Below, piece after piece: positions 26,481 to 40,164 of a DNA stretch of 64,000 bases. Positions within the stretch are counted from its first letter, which is position 1; every line of letters begins with the position of its first letter. The DNA lies in contig NC_043004.1 in assembly GCF_006345805.1 (NCBI RefSeq), positions 54,498,001 to 54,562,000 of the forward strand, in the 5' to 3' direction. A model generated the notes under the pieces. That model did no database searches and was not told where the DNA came from. It saw only the letters and a list, made by a program, of their open reading frames with translations. A program made the translations under genes and the position numbers. Source of the stretch: Octopus sinensis. Taxonomy: Eukaryota.

Positions 26481-27694
26481 GATTCAACCGATTTGCTACC
26501 GTTGTTATTTGTAATTAAATGTTTATTAGAGTGTTTGTATGCCTTTGAAATAATTGTGAAGGAACTTTATCTCTCTTCGCTGTTATGTATTAATTTTTAA
26601 GGTTGCATAATATTAATTAGTTGAGTTTGTTTTATAGAAAGATTCGAGGGGAAAATCACATATATATTTTGATAATGGAATGCTGATGTACGATAATATA
26701 TTATTTAGTTATCTGTTTGCTCAATTTTAATGACTAGTCTGTGAAATACTTGATTAATTTTAATGACGCTTGCAGGAAATATTTGATTACATAAAGATAT
26801 GCAGGGTTAATTCTATATCTAACAATTTATGATATTAATTAAATAAATGACAGCATTATTTTTAATGAGCAATTGCGGTTTATGTGTGTTGATATACGTT
26901 TCGTGTCTTGAACTTCTTTTATGTAGCGAAAGTTATGACTCTGAAAATGTTATTTTTTCATGTTCATTTTAGCAGATTCTTTATAGTGCTTGACAAAGTG
27001 CTTTGCGGTATTTGTGTCAGCTATCTTAGTTCCAAGTTTAAACTCTACTAGGTCAACTTTGCTTTTCATCCCTTGAGGGGGGCAATAAATCACAGTACCA
27101 TTCAAGTCTCAGGGTCAAAGTTGATGTTATTGACTAAACCTTCCTTGTAAATTAATGTCCATTTACCCGAATCAAAAATCTTTATTATTCAAAATTCACT
27201 GAACTATGGATTAGAAGAATGGTTAGTGCGTCAGTGAAGCAATTGTCTACCGGTTTATTAGGTTCTAGATTTTAATCCTACTGAGGTAAACTTTGCTTGG
27301 GTTCAGTAAAAGAAACTTATTTCTTCCTTCTCTGGGCCTGATACCGCTGAACCCCAATTACTGGGTCAAATGTATTGACTAACCCTCATCCCTGACTTCA
27401 AAGAATTATTAGTAAAAATTAGATTGACGCTCGTTACTTTATATTACTACGTCAACTTCAAATAAACCGTGTGTATATATGTAATTTAACTGAAAGTTAT
27501 TCCGTTGGATTTTGTGAGAGCGCATGGCCTAGTCGTTAGGGTGTTGTTCTCACGATTGCGAGATCGTACGTTCTATTTCTCGACCTGGTGGTGCTTTGTG
27601 TCCTTTGTGTCCACTTCATCACACGTTACACTACCATCACTTCGATAACTGATGTGTGGTACAAACATGCATTTGTTCAAGCGAAGTTAATTAG

Positions 27695-27806
27695 GTGGAG
27701 GGAGAGAGCTTATTTACAGCACATACCTTAGATCACTAAAAGACAGACCATTTGTGCAGGCTGTTCAGCAAGAAATTGCAGATCCGGACTACTATCCTTC
27801 CGCAAG
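27695..27806 (+). CDS. Candidate host internal exon (112 bp, phase 1 to 2), product unknown
   Basis: ttAG|GT GGA...GCA AG|GTcagt. One open frame: GGRELIYSTYLRSLKDRPFVQAVQQEIADPDYYPSA. Weak polypyrimidine tract. Confidence 0.3.
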
Positions 27807-28371
27807 GTCAGTACTTATGTATTTAATGATGATATAACGTTAATTTGGGTGTTAGATAAATAATTGCATATTATGTTTCCTACAGAAATTATTATTGGAC
27901 TTAATATTTAACATATATTATCATTGTAGAAAGAGTGAATTATTGAGTGGAGATAATTGATACTGATTAATTATGGAATATTATTTTCCTTCCTTTTATG
28001 TTCGTTTCACCATTGCAATCATATTTGCGCACTTTCTCGTGGTAATTCACATTCATGACCCATGCGTTTATTATATATAAACTCAGGAATTAATAAAATT
28101 GTTTATTTACCCTAGAGATATACATACACATATACACGACAATATATGCGCTTAGAGCAGGCAATATCACAAACAAGTTTATGATTGTGTGTGTGTGCGC
28201 GCGCGCGCATGTGTGTGTCTATACATATATATAAGTGTACATATATACATACATACCTACATATAATACCCCGATATTTTAAACAAGATGCTAACTAACA
28301 GAAGCATGAAAATTCCGCACACTAGACACATATGCATACGTATACAATTCCGTATATGAATGTGTGTGCGT

Positions 28372-28442
<71 letters not shown>

Positions 28443-28564
28443 CATATGTATATATATATACATATGTTATATATATATGTATTGTATATATATACATCTA
28501 CATATTATTATATATATACATCTACATATTATATATGCATGCGTGTGTATATATATATATATAT

Positions 28565-30226
28565 ATTTATATATAGAGGGCATAATTATACATACATGCC
28601 AGGAGGCATTATATATACCTGCCAAACGCTAAGAGGGACAATCAGTCATTTCTACCAAAAATATTACTAATCCCACCGAATGCAACTTTTCAAAGTAAGA
28701 CATTTAAAAATATATAGGCCTGTATCACAGTGATTTCATACTTACGTAATCATCAGCAGGCCTGAATGTATTATAAATAACAACGACCTTGCCTCGCTTA
28801 AGCCGAACAGCTAACTGATCAACATCAACGAAGCACATGGGTGAGTTTATATATATTACATCCGGGTGAATGGCAAACTTTTACAAAATTGCATTTCGGA
28901 GAGGAAAAGTTTTTTCGGAATAAAAATTTTGCAATTAAGGACAACTACTTAATAAGGAAAACTTAACAAGAAATTGTCAGGTAGATAGCGTAAAAACCTC
29001 ATAAGAGAAAAATTCGAAAATAATTATTTCTTATTGAACATATTAATTTATATATAGAGGGCATAATTATACATACATGCCAGGAGGCATTATATATACC
29101 TGCCAAACGCTAAGAGGGACAATCAGTCATTTCTACCAAAAATATTACTAATCCCACCGAATGCAACTTTTCAAAGTAAGACATTTAAAAATATATAGGA
29201 GGCCTGTATCACAGTGATTTCATACTTACGTAATCATCAGCAGGCCTGAATGTATTATAAAAAACAACGACCTTGCCTCGCTTAAGCCGAACAGCTAACT
29301 GATCAACATCAACGAAGCACATGGGTGAGTTTATATATTACATCCGGGTGAATGCAACTTTTACAAAATGCATTTCGGGAGGAAATTTTTTCGGAATAAA
29401 AATTTTGCAATTAAGGACAACTACTTAATAATGAAACTTAACAAGAAATTGTCAGGTAGATAGCGTAAAAACCTCATAGAGAAAAAATTTCGAAAATAAT
29501 TATTTCTTATTGAACAAATTAATTTATATATAGAGGGCTAATTATACATACATGCCAGGAGGCATTATAATATACCTGCCAAACGCTAAGAGGGACATTC
29601 ATCATTTCATACTCCAAAAATATTACTAATCCCACGAATGCAACTTTTCAAAGTAAGACATTTAAAAATATATATAGGCCTGTATCACAGTGATTTCATA
29701 CTTACGTAATCATCAGCAGGCCTGAATGTATTATAAATAAACAACGACCTTGCCTCGCTTAAGCCGAACAGCTAACTGATCAACATCACGAAGCACATGG
29801 GTGAGTTTATATATATTACATCCGGGTGAATGGCAAACTTTTACAAAATTGCATTTCGGGAGAGGAAAAGTTTTTTCGGAATAAAAATTTTGCAATTAAG
29901 GACAACTACTTAATAAGGAAAACTTAACAAAAATTGTCAGGTAGATAGCGTAAAAACCTCATAAAGAAAAATTTCGAAAATAATTATTTCTTATTGAACA
30001 TTTAATTTATATATAGAGGGCATAATTATACATACATGCCAGGAGGCATTATATATACCTGCCAACGCTAAGAGGACATCAGTCATTTCTACCAAAAATA
30101 TTACTAATCCCACCGATTGCAACTTTTCAAAGTAAGACATTTAAAAATATATAGGCCTGTATCACAGTGATTTCATACTTACGTAATCATCAGCAGGCCT
30201 GAATGTATTATAAATAAACAACGACC
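28565..30226 (-). repeat. Tandem array of ~478-nt hammerhead-containing monomers (left arm, 3.5 copies)
   Basis: Monomer starts at 28565, 29046, 29522 and 30005. HHRs (F5) on the minus strand at 28717-28762, 29201-29246, 29677-29722 and 30154-30199. Confidence 0.9.
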
Positions 30227-30556
30227 ATAAGTACTGACCTTGCGGAAGGATAGTAGTCCGGATCTGCAATTTCTTGCTGAACAGCCTGCACAAATGGTTT
30301 GTCTTTTAGTGATCTAAGGTATGTGCTGTAAATAAGCTCTCTCCCTCCACCTAATTAACTTCGCTTGAACAAATGCATATATATGTAATATATATAAACT
30401 CACATATATATGCATTTGTTCAAGCGAACGTTAATTAGGTGGAGGGAGAGAGCTTATTTACAGCACATACCTTAGATCACTAAAAGACAACCATTTGTGC
30501 AGGCTGTCAGCAAGAAATGCAGATCGGACTACTATCCTTCCGCCAGGTCAGTACTT
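30227..30556. other. Palindrome centre: two inverted copies of upstream segment 27667-27818 plus a short filler
   Basis: 30227-30378 is the reverse complement of 27667-27818, and 30410-30556 is a forward copy. The filler contains tgtaatatatataaactcac from the monomer. Confidence 0.9.
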
Positions 30557-32338
30557 CGGTCGTTGTTTATTTAAATACATTCAGGCCTGCTGATGATTAC
30601 GTAAGTATGAAATCACTGTGATACAGGCCTATATATTTTTAAATGTCTACTTTGAAAAGTTGCATTCGGTTGGGATTAGTAATATTTGGGAGAAATGACT
30701 GATTGTCCCTTAGCGTTTGGCAGGTGATATATAATGCCTCGGCATGTATGTATAATTAGGCCCCTATATATTAAATAATATGTTCAATAAGAAATAAATT
30801 TTTCGAAATTTTTTCTCTTATGAGGTTTTTACGCTATATACCTGACAATTTCTTGTTAAGTTTTCCTTATAAGTAGTTGTCCTTAATTGCAAAATTTTTA
30901 TTCCGAAAAAAAACTTCCTCTCCGAAATGCAATTTTGTAAAAGTTGCCATTCACCGGATGTAATATATATTAAACTCACCCATGTGCTTCTTGATGTTGA
31001 TCAGTTAGCTGTTCGGCTTAAGCGAGGCAAGGTCGTTGTTTATTTATAATACATTCAGGCCTGCTGATGATTACGTATGTATAAAATCACTGTGATACAG
31101 GCCTATATATTTTTAAATGTCTTACTTTGAAAAGTTGCATTCGGTGGGATTAGTAATATTTTTGGTAGAATGACTGATTGTCCCTCTTAGCGTTTGGCAG
31201 GTATATATAATGCCTCCTGGCATGTATGTATAATTATGCCCTCATATAAATTAATATGTTCAATAAGAAATAATTATTTTCGAAATTTTTTCTCTTATGA
31301 GGTTTTTACGCTATCTACCTGACAATTTCTTGTTAAGTTTTCCTTATTAAGTAGTTGTCCTTAATTGCAAAATTTTTATTCCGAAAAAACTTTTCCTCTC
31401 CCGAAATGCAATTTTGTAAAAGTTTGCATTCACCCGGATGTAATATATATAAACTCACCATGTGCTTCGTTGATGTTGATCAGTTAGCTGTTCGGCTTAA
31501 GCGAGGCAAGGTCGTTGTTTATTTATAATACATTCCGGCCTGCTGATGATTACGTAAGTATGAAATCACTGTGATACAGGCCTAATATATTTTTAAATGT
31601 CTTACTTTGAAAAGTTGCATTCGGGTGGTATTAGTAATATTTTGTGGTCGAAATGACTGATTGTCCCTCTTAGCGTTTGGCAGGTGATATAAATGCCTCC
31701 TGGCATGTATTATAATTATGCCCTCTATATATAATTAATATGTTCAATAAGAAATAATTATTTTCGAAATTTTTTCTCTTATGAGGTTTTTACGCTATCT
31801 ACCTGACAATTTCTTGTTAAGTTTTCCTTATTAAGTAGTTGTCCTTAATTGCAAAATTTTTATTCCGAAAAAACTTTATCTCTCCCGAAATGCAATTTTG
31901 TAAAAGTTTGCCATTCACCCGGATGTAATCATATAAACTGCACCCAATGTGCTTCGTTGATGTTTATCAGTTACTTTTCGAACTTTAAGCGAGGCAGGTC
32001 GTTTGTTATTTATAATACATTCAGGCCTGTGAAGATTACGTACGTATGAAATCACTGTGATCAGCCTATATATTTTTAAATGTCTACTTTAAAAGTTGCA
32101 TTCGGTGGGATTAGTACATTTTTGGTAGAAATGACTGATTGTCCCTCTTAGCTTTTGGCAGGTATATATATGCCTCCTGGCATTATGTATAATTATGCCC
32201 TCTATATATAAATTAATATGTTCAATAAGAAATAATTATTTTCGAAATTTTTTCTCTTATGAGGTTTTTACGCTATCTACTCTGACCATTTTCTGGTTAA
32301 GTTTTCCTTATTAAGTATTGTCCTTAATTCAAAATTTT
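30557..32338 (+). repeat. Tandem array of ~478-nt hammerhead monomers (right arm, ~3.7 copies)
   Basis: HHR ggcctg CTGATGA t-tac-gtaa-gta-t GAAA tcactgtga TA caggcc at 30584-30629 and 31537-31582. Altered copies at 31058-31103 (GAAA to AAAA) and 32024-32067. Confidence 0.9.
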
Positions 32339-32380
32339 ATATATATATAGATAATATATTATATATATTATATTATATAT

Positions 32381-32424
<44 letters not shown>

Positions 32425-32663
32425 ATTGTGTGAAAATATATAATCAAAAGGATGTATTATAATGCTATTCTTCACATACAAAAACAACCATACCAACAAT
32501 CCAACATGCCTCCATCATCAGCTGCCCCACGACATGTATGTATATACGTGTGTATATGTGTGTATGTATAGAGACAGTGAAAGAGAAAGAGAGTGAAGAG
32601 GGACCATTACAAGGTAAATAGATGAATGTGTGTGTGTGTGTGTGTGTTTGTGTGTGTATAGAT

Positions 32664-32737
<74 letters not shown>

Positions 32738-33453
32738 ATACATATAATCTCTTGTCACGTGAAGTGTGACGATAATCTAATATCGGAAATATATTAGAAT
32801 AGACGGTGACAACGGCTTTAATAAAATGACACTAATTGTTTAAAACACAAGACAAACGTAATATATGTCTTCTTTGTAAGACTCAGATGGAACAGTAGCA
32901 AATATATCATGGACCAAATCACATTAAAAGATGCCACTATAGACGTGGCTTAGTGTTCACGTGACTATTAAAGGTTTGAAAGCTGCTCTGAAGTATTCTG
33001 GGTAAATACAATCTTGTTGAGCAATTCGGTATTATTTCGCAAGCGTATTGATCTTTTATCGAATAATCAGGACATACGTAATGCTTCTAACTTTGTTGTG
33101 GTACTTTCATGAATTATTAGAATGTTTAATAAACATATCTATAGTAATGATCGACGCGATTGATATCGTGGATCTATCCATCATTCGCGCTAAATATCAT
33201 GGAAACAATATACAAAAACACATGTGAACTGTAAATTGTTTAACATATAATTTCTTTGCAGTTCAGCTTCAATTAATGGCACATATCAAATACCTGCGAA
33301 CAAATATATGTATATGTGTATTTCCGTGTGTATCTAAAATATAGATTTCTTCTTATTCACCACAAACGATAAATTACTAGACACAATACAAATGTGAAGT
33401 ATTCTATAACACATTATAACTGAAAGGCTTTTAATTATGTCTATAAGTGTATT

Positions 33454-33485
<32 letters not shown>

Positions 33486-33486
33486 G

Positions 33487-33994
33487 TAATAAAATATTAG
33501 GGAATAAATCCAAACTTACAGGGAAAAATCAGATTTAGGATTGAATCCAATTTTATAGTAAAATATTATATTATATTAAATTAGAGATAAAACCACTATT
33601 AGGCAAATCATACAATGAAAAACTTAAGCCAATACATAAGATTAATTAATTTATATTATTTTAAATATAAATCAAAATTATTAAAAAAAGATAATTAGTA
33701 TAACACTACGATCGTTTCATGGCTGTCCAATTCGTAACAATTCGAGTTACAGTCATTCTTCAAGCGATTGAAATATTTAACTTGGCGAGGTTTAAATATT
33801 TCAATCATCTGAAGAATGACTGTAACTCGAATTTTTACGAATTGGACAGCCATGAAACGATCGTAGTGTTATACTAATTATCTTTTTTAATAATTTTGAT
33901 ATATATTTAAAATAATATAAATTAATTAATCTTATGTATTGGCTTAAGTTTTTCATTGTATGATTTGCCTAATAGTGGTTTTATCTCAAATTTA

Positions 33995-34000
<6 letters not shown>
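33487..34000. repeat. Fold-back of an HHR-bearing terminus (family F6), ~210-bp arms, ~11-nt loop, flanked by (TA)n
   Basis: 33571-33780 pairs with 33792-34000. HHR CTGAAGA atg..cat GAAA cgatcg TA gtg on + at 33806-33868, and with T at position 3 on - at 33704-33766. Confidence 0.8.
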
Positions 34001-34054
<54 letters not shown>

Positions 34055-34069
34055 TGTCTATGTGTGCGT

Positions 34070-34265
34070 GTATATTATATTATATTATATTATATTATAT
34101 TATAGTACATATTATATATTATATATTATATTATATTACATATCATATTATATTATATTACATATTATGTTATATTATATTATATTATATCATATATTAT
34201 ATTATATTATATTATATCATATCATATCATATCATATCATATCATATTATTATATTATATTATAT
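34070..34265. repeat. (ATATT)n/(ATATC)n pentanucleotide microsatellite
   Basis: Direct reading. Confidence 0.9.
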
Positions 34266-35721
34266 AGAGGAATCTTGAAAAACAAAATGGCATAAACCTT
34301 CTGAGAAGTCTTTGTATTGTGTGTAAGCACTTTGGCAGTTGTGATTTCTCAAATATACGTGTGTCTGAAAACCTGAACAGCGAATGTGTTTACATATAAT
34401 GCAAAAGTTTCCTTCTAAATTGTCCGAATCATTCTGCTTTTAATTTTTTTTTTTATTTAATTGATAATTTTTATTTCAGAAAATCTTTCTCTAAATATTA
34501 TGACAGTATCGAGCTCCGTTTTCCAATATGTGTATGTATGTATGTATGTATGTATGTATGTATGTATGTATGTATGTATGTATGTATGTATGTATGTATG
34601 TATGTATGTATGTATGTATGTATTATATAAGTGCCAGCTTGTGTGTGCGTACATGCTTGTTAATTTCCTTTGATATAGAGGCGATAAATGACAGACCTCA
34701 GTGCATGAGGTAGAATATTCCTTAATAAATTTTAAGTAAACGAGTCACTGAGTACTACGTTTTCGCTCTTTCAGCTCACAATCTAAAGCTGTTGCCACTT
34801 ATGTCATTTGCTGTTTAAATATATTCTAAAATATTATATGAAGATTCATATGAAATGCTTATATCAATAATTTCAGAAGGATCGTGCAGGCGAAGGAAAA
34901 CGACCATTTCCAATATCACGCTATTCACTTTCTTCCTGGCCCTTCTATGAAAAAAACAACATCTAAATGTCTTCGTGCTTTTATATTCATCGTTGCATGG
35001 AGAATACAGCCTCAGTAGAAGAAGTGTATTGGCCGGATGCATTGTTGCTTTACTAGAGACAACGAATCAGCCTCTAAATAATAGCCTTTGGGTTTCTAGA
35101 AATAACAAACAATTAATACTCTATCTTGTGTATATATACAGCACACATACACACAATGCATTGTTTCTTTATTTAATATGGTAGGGTTTACCTTATTAGG
35201 TAAAGAAATGACGGATTGTGTGCATATCAGCTGTGTATTTATTTATCTGTGTGTGTGTGTGTGTGTGTTGTGTGTGTGTGTGTGTAGAAAAGGGGGACAG
35301 AAGAGATGAAGAGAATGAAAGCGATACATACATATATGTATGCATACATACATACATACATACATACATACATACATACATACATACATACATACATACA
35401 TACATACATACATACATACACGTAGTACATACAGACTTGTGAAGCACATCTGCATGTTCACATGCCAAATGTATGCATATAGATATTTTATTGCGGATGA
35501 GGTATACATAACAATTGAAATTTCTAGAATTATTACTTATCAAAGCAGTAGACTGGAAAATTTGGTATAGCTTTAATTCCATGCTACATGTGTTTCGTTA
35601 TAGAATAGAAGTCACAAAGGTATACATGTAGAAAAAGTTATAGAAATTCCAACCCATCATTCTTTATATAAAGTTTCGAAAATATTATTATTGAATCTGT
35701 GTGAAGAAAAGATTGGAGACT

Positions 35722-35767
<46 letters not shown>

Positions 35768-36245
35768 TCTCTCTCTCTCTTTTTTTCTCTCTCTCTCTCA
35801 TGCACACACGCACACACACGCAGGAACATATACACACGCGTGCACACAGGTACACAAGCACACATTATTGAATTTTATGGCTCCTATCTTGTAATGAAAC
35901 ACGATACATGGAATTAAAGATATACAAAGTTTTGTTCGCCTTTTGTTTTGATACATACATATACACTTATATGCATGCATGCAGACAGACACACAGATAG
36001 TGAGTAAGTGAGTGAGTGAGTGAGTGAGTGAGTCAGTCAGTCAGTCAGCGAATCAGTCAGAGTTAAAACTGAGTCAGTGGTTTGTTACACTGGACCGCTC
36101 TCCTTTCTCTCTCTTTCTCTCTTTTTTCTCTCCCACAAAAAGAGCTTAGGAAACTTTACCTTTCTCCTCTTCACAACTAACAACTTTCTACTACGTAAAG
36201 TGTATACAGTTACTCTATTCAGATATATTTCCCCACCTCATATAG

Positions 36246-36299
<54 letters not shown>

Positions 36300-36300
<1 letters not shown>

Positions 36301-36450
36301 ACGGGAAGCTTTATGAAAATAAACAAAAGACGAAGGCAGGTGGAAAACAAACGAACAATTGTATTAGTATGGCGCTCAGGAAATATAAATAAAACAAGTC
36401 TTTAACGTTTCGAGCCTACGCTCTTCAACAGAAAGATACACAGAAAGATA
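36300..36450 (-). mobile_element. Short (TA)n-flanked terminus with a variant HHR-like motif (family F7)
   Basis: Minus strand 36398-36435 reads cttt CTGTTGA a gagc-gtag-gctc GAAA cgt TA aagac. Related copies at 46815-46985 and 25208-25365. Confidence 0.5.
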
Positions 36451-36469
36451 CATATATATATATGTATGT

Positions 36470-36573
<104 letters not shown>

Positions 36574-36966
36574 ATAGAGGTTATGAGAGGTAATGGTGTC
36601 AATAAACCCAAAGGTGTCAGGTAATGTTGAGTAAGTGCTATGGACAGATCATAGTTAAGCTCCAGGTTCAGTGATTATGCGAATAAGGAGTCCAACGTAG
36701 GTCATATATCAGCATGTGTATATACAAAATAATTTTTTTTTGCAGATGAGATAAAAATCCAAGGCTGTGAAAGATTTAAGAACATTTACAAATAGGTCTT
36801 ACAGCTATTTCCGGGAAATTCATCGGAGAGGGAGTGAGAAAATGGTTAAGCAAAAGTTAAATAAGATACGAAATAGATGTGAGATATGCAGGGATATTGC
36901 ATCTGTAGATCCATTATTTAGTCAGAATGGTATACACACACCCACACACACACATACACACACACG

Positions 36967-37346
<380 letters not shown>

Positions 37347-39966
37347 TATATATATATATATATATATAGCAATATCCTACCTTATACTTTTCCAACTATA
37401 AATCATGTTATAAAGCCCAACATTTGAACAATTTATAATTCTTATCCCTATACATATTCTACATTTGTTCTCTGCAAATATTCTGTACATTATTTTTTGC
37501 CGACACAGATAATTTATTTAGATATTCAATGTTTCTAAATATATATATATATATATATTATCAGCCCTATAAAATCGTATCGGCATGCCATTAAAAGAAA
37601 CAAAACAACACATAAGTACCCACTGTTTACTATCAACTTTACACATGTAACAAGTTTTATACGTCAACTCCGGAGATATTAGGATATTAGAAATCGCAAA
37701 TATTGACCCAAACAATAGAAATAATCTATTTATTCCAGAAAGGTTTCTTCCTTCATTGATTTATTTCCAATGTTGTTCTACGCTGCGCGAGCTGGAAAAC
37801 CTTGGAATATTCCAGTTTTTCCAACCAATAAAATTCAACATTGATATAAAAGACAAATCGCTATGTACAAATGGAATACATTACAGATTTAGATGAAATC
37901 TCCCCGAAGGTATCAACTTAGGAACTGTGTGTTTGTTATCTTCTCTTGATATAGGGCATTCGACTGTTGTTCTTCCTTTCGATTGTGTTTTTTTTTTATA
38001 TATATATTTCTTTCTCTTTTTATTTTCATTTTTGGTTTTGCTTTGTTTGACTATGGTAATTGTGTATAAAATGTTAGGGTTATTGGAGTTGATTGAGTTT
38101 TTGAGGGTTCTTTTATTTATTTTATTTATCTATTTATTTATTGTTATTTGCTACATATTTCTATCTCTGAGAGCTTTAAGCCAGAGGGAAATGCTTTGAA
38201 ACGAAATAAAATATCTCTCATTATGCTTCTAGCTACTTCACACACAGACGAATATACACATGCTCTCCTAAAGATATGGATATACAAACATAAATGTACA
38301 GACATATGTATGCATAGACACATTATATCTATAGGCAGAAACATATATATATTCACAGGTGCATGTGTGTGCGCGTGTGTATGTGTGTGTTTGCGTTTGT
38401 GTATGAGAGAGAAAGAATGCTTCAATTAAAGATTGGAAAATATCTTGATACGCGCACAGAAAGACGTACGTGACTACATATTTTTATTGTCCCTTACAAC
38501 CAAGCATTTCTATACTACGCACTCATACAAAGACGAACACATACAAAGATGTACACGCAAGCATCCACGAGTGAATACTTATATGTATGCGTGCAAGAGA
38601 AAAAAAGAGAGGGGAAAAAGACAGAAATGCAGAAGCGTTTCAAATAATGCCATAGCTTTAGTCACTCCCAGAACGTCTTACAATATCTTTAAGTACTCTC
38701 TGCAGTTTCTCCTTGGGGCAAAACATCTCCGATATTTATTTCACCTGCATATACAACAACTATAATAATGGTGTTGTTGTTGTTGTTGTGATTGATAGTA
38801 TTATTATTATTATTATCATCATCATCATCATCATCATCGTCGTCGTCGTTGTCGTCGTCGTCGTCATCATCTATTTATTCCACTTTGGTGTTCTTTGTGG
38901 ATTGGAATGTTTTTCTTTTTGTTTTCTTTGGTGTGCCTTACGTATTAGAACCTTGAGCGATTTCTTATCAATATAGTTGAGACTGTTTATATTTATGCTC
39001 ACTAGTTAAATGAACTCACAGTTCTCTCAAACAAATTGGCTGGAAAATTCAAGAGTCATATATAAACACATAAACGTGTTGAAAGCCTGAAGTATCTTGA
39101 CAAATAAATAACAAACATGTGGAAAAAATGTTATGCTTGTGTACAAGAATTGTCATGTATCAATGTAGCGATTTTCGTTTTCGTTGTTTTTATATATAAT
39201 CGAACATCATGGATTGGTATCGGATGCTTCGCCCGAAAATGCGTTTAGCAATATTGCGGAATGTCTTCAGTAGTTTAATGTTAAACCTTTCGATACCAAG
39301 CCCCCAAAACTACCCCTGCTTTTATGATGCAAAATATTCTAAATTAAAATTTCCTCTTAAAATTCCATTCCGCGTTAATTTACATTCCATTTACAAGATT
39401 AATAATGACCAAGATATTTTAGTAAATTCTTTGTTATTTTCAAAATTAATTCACATAAATACGGTATGGTTCAACAGGAATATGGTAGCAAAAGGGATAA
39501 TGTTATAATAATTTATAAATGATACTAGTTTGTCACATAAATTCGTTCGTATTTTTTAAATCATTTTTAATAATTTCAACTAACACAAAAACTATTTTTA
39601 TCGTAATGCTTTCTGGTTTATGTAATGCTATTCTTTCGCTACTGATTTTACTTATCATTTTTGAAATTTGTATAAACTTTGCCTCTTTTCAGATTCTTTC
39701 CGATAATGAGGTGCCAAATAGAGAGATTGAATAGATTTATCGAACAACCCTCAAAAAATACTTTAGAAATTTTAAACAAGTTTAAAAGTCAATGATCTTA
39801 ACAAAGACAAACTGTAAATCAAGTTTGTTCATTAAAACACTTTAATTCTTGCATTTTGCTATTCTTTCGTTGAAAACTATATAAACTTTAAAGATTCAAT
39901 TGCAAATTTTGGCATAATTTTTGAAAATGTTTTTTGTCAGTGATCGGTAGTATTTTTCCTATTACC

Positions 39967-39967
<1 letters not shown>

Positions 39968-40051
<84 letters not shown>

Positions 40052-40106
40052 CAACAACAACAACAACAACGACAACAATAATAATAATAATAATGATATT
40101 TATTAC

Positions 40107-40141
<35 letters not shown>

Positions 40142-40160
40142 TATTATTATTATTATTATC
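39968..40160. repeat. (TAA)n/(CAA)n followed by (TTA)n microsatellite
   Basis: Direct reading. Abuts the 3' end of the Dong-like LINE. Confidence 0.95.
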
Positions 40161-40164
40161 ATTT

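Noticed and set aside
28565-32338. CRISPR-like or satellite interpretation of the array
   Set aside because: There are no unique spacers and the context is eukaryotic. The ribozyme per unit and (TA)n ends point to RNA-mediated origin rather than a classical satellite.
37739-37844. Possible exon (KVSSFIDLFPMLFYAARAGKPWNIPVFPTNKIQH*) phase-compatible with the 27695 exon
   Set aside because: A second frame is also open, there is no clear donor, and a chance ORF of this length is expected.
39209-39508. 99-aa ORF in unique DNA
   Set aside because: No recognisable motif, AT-rich composition and no convincing splice signals.
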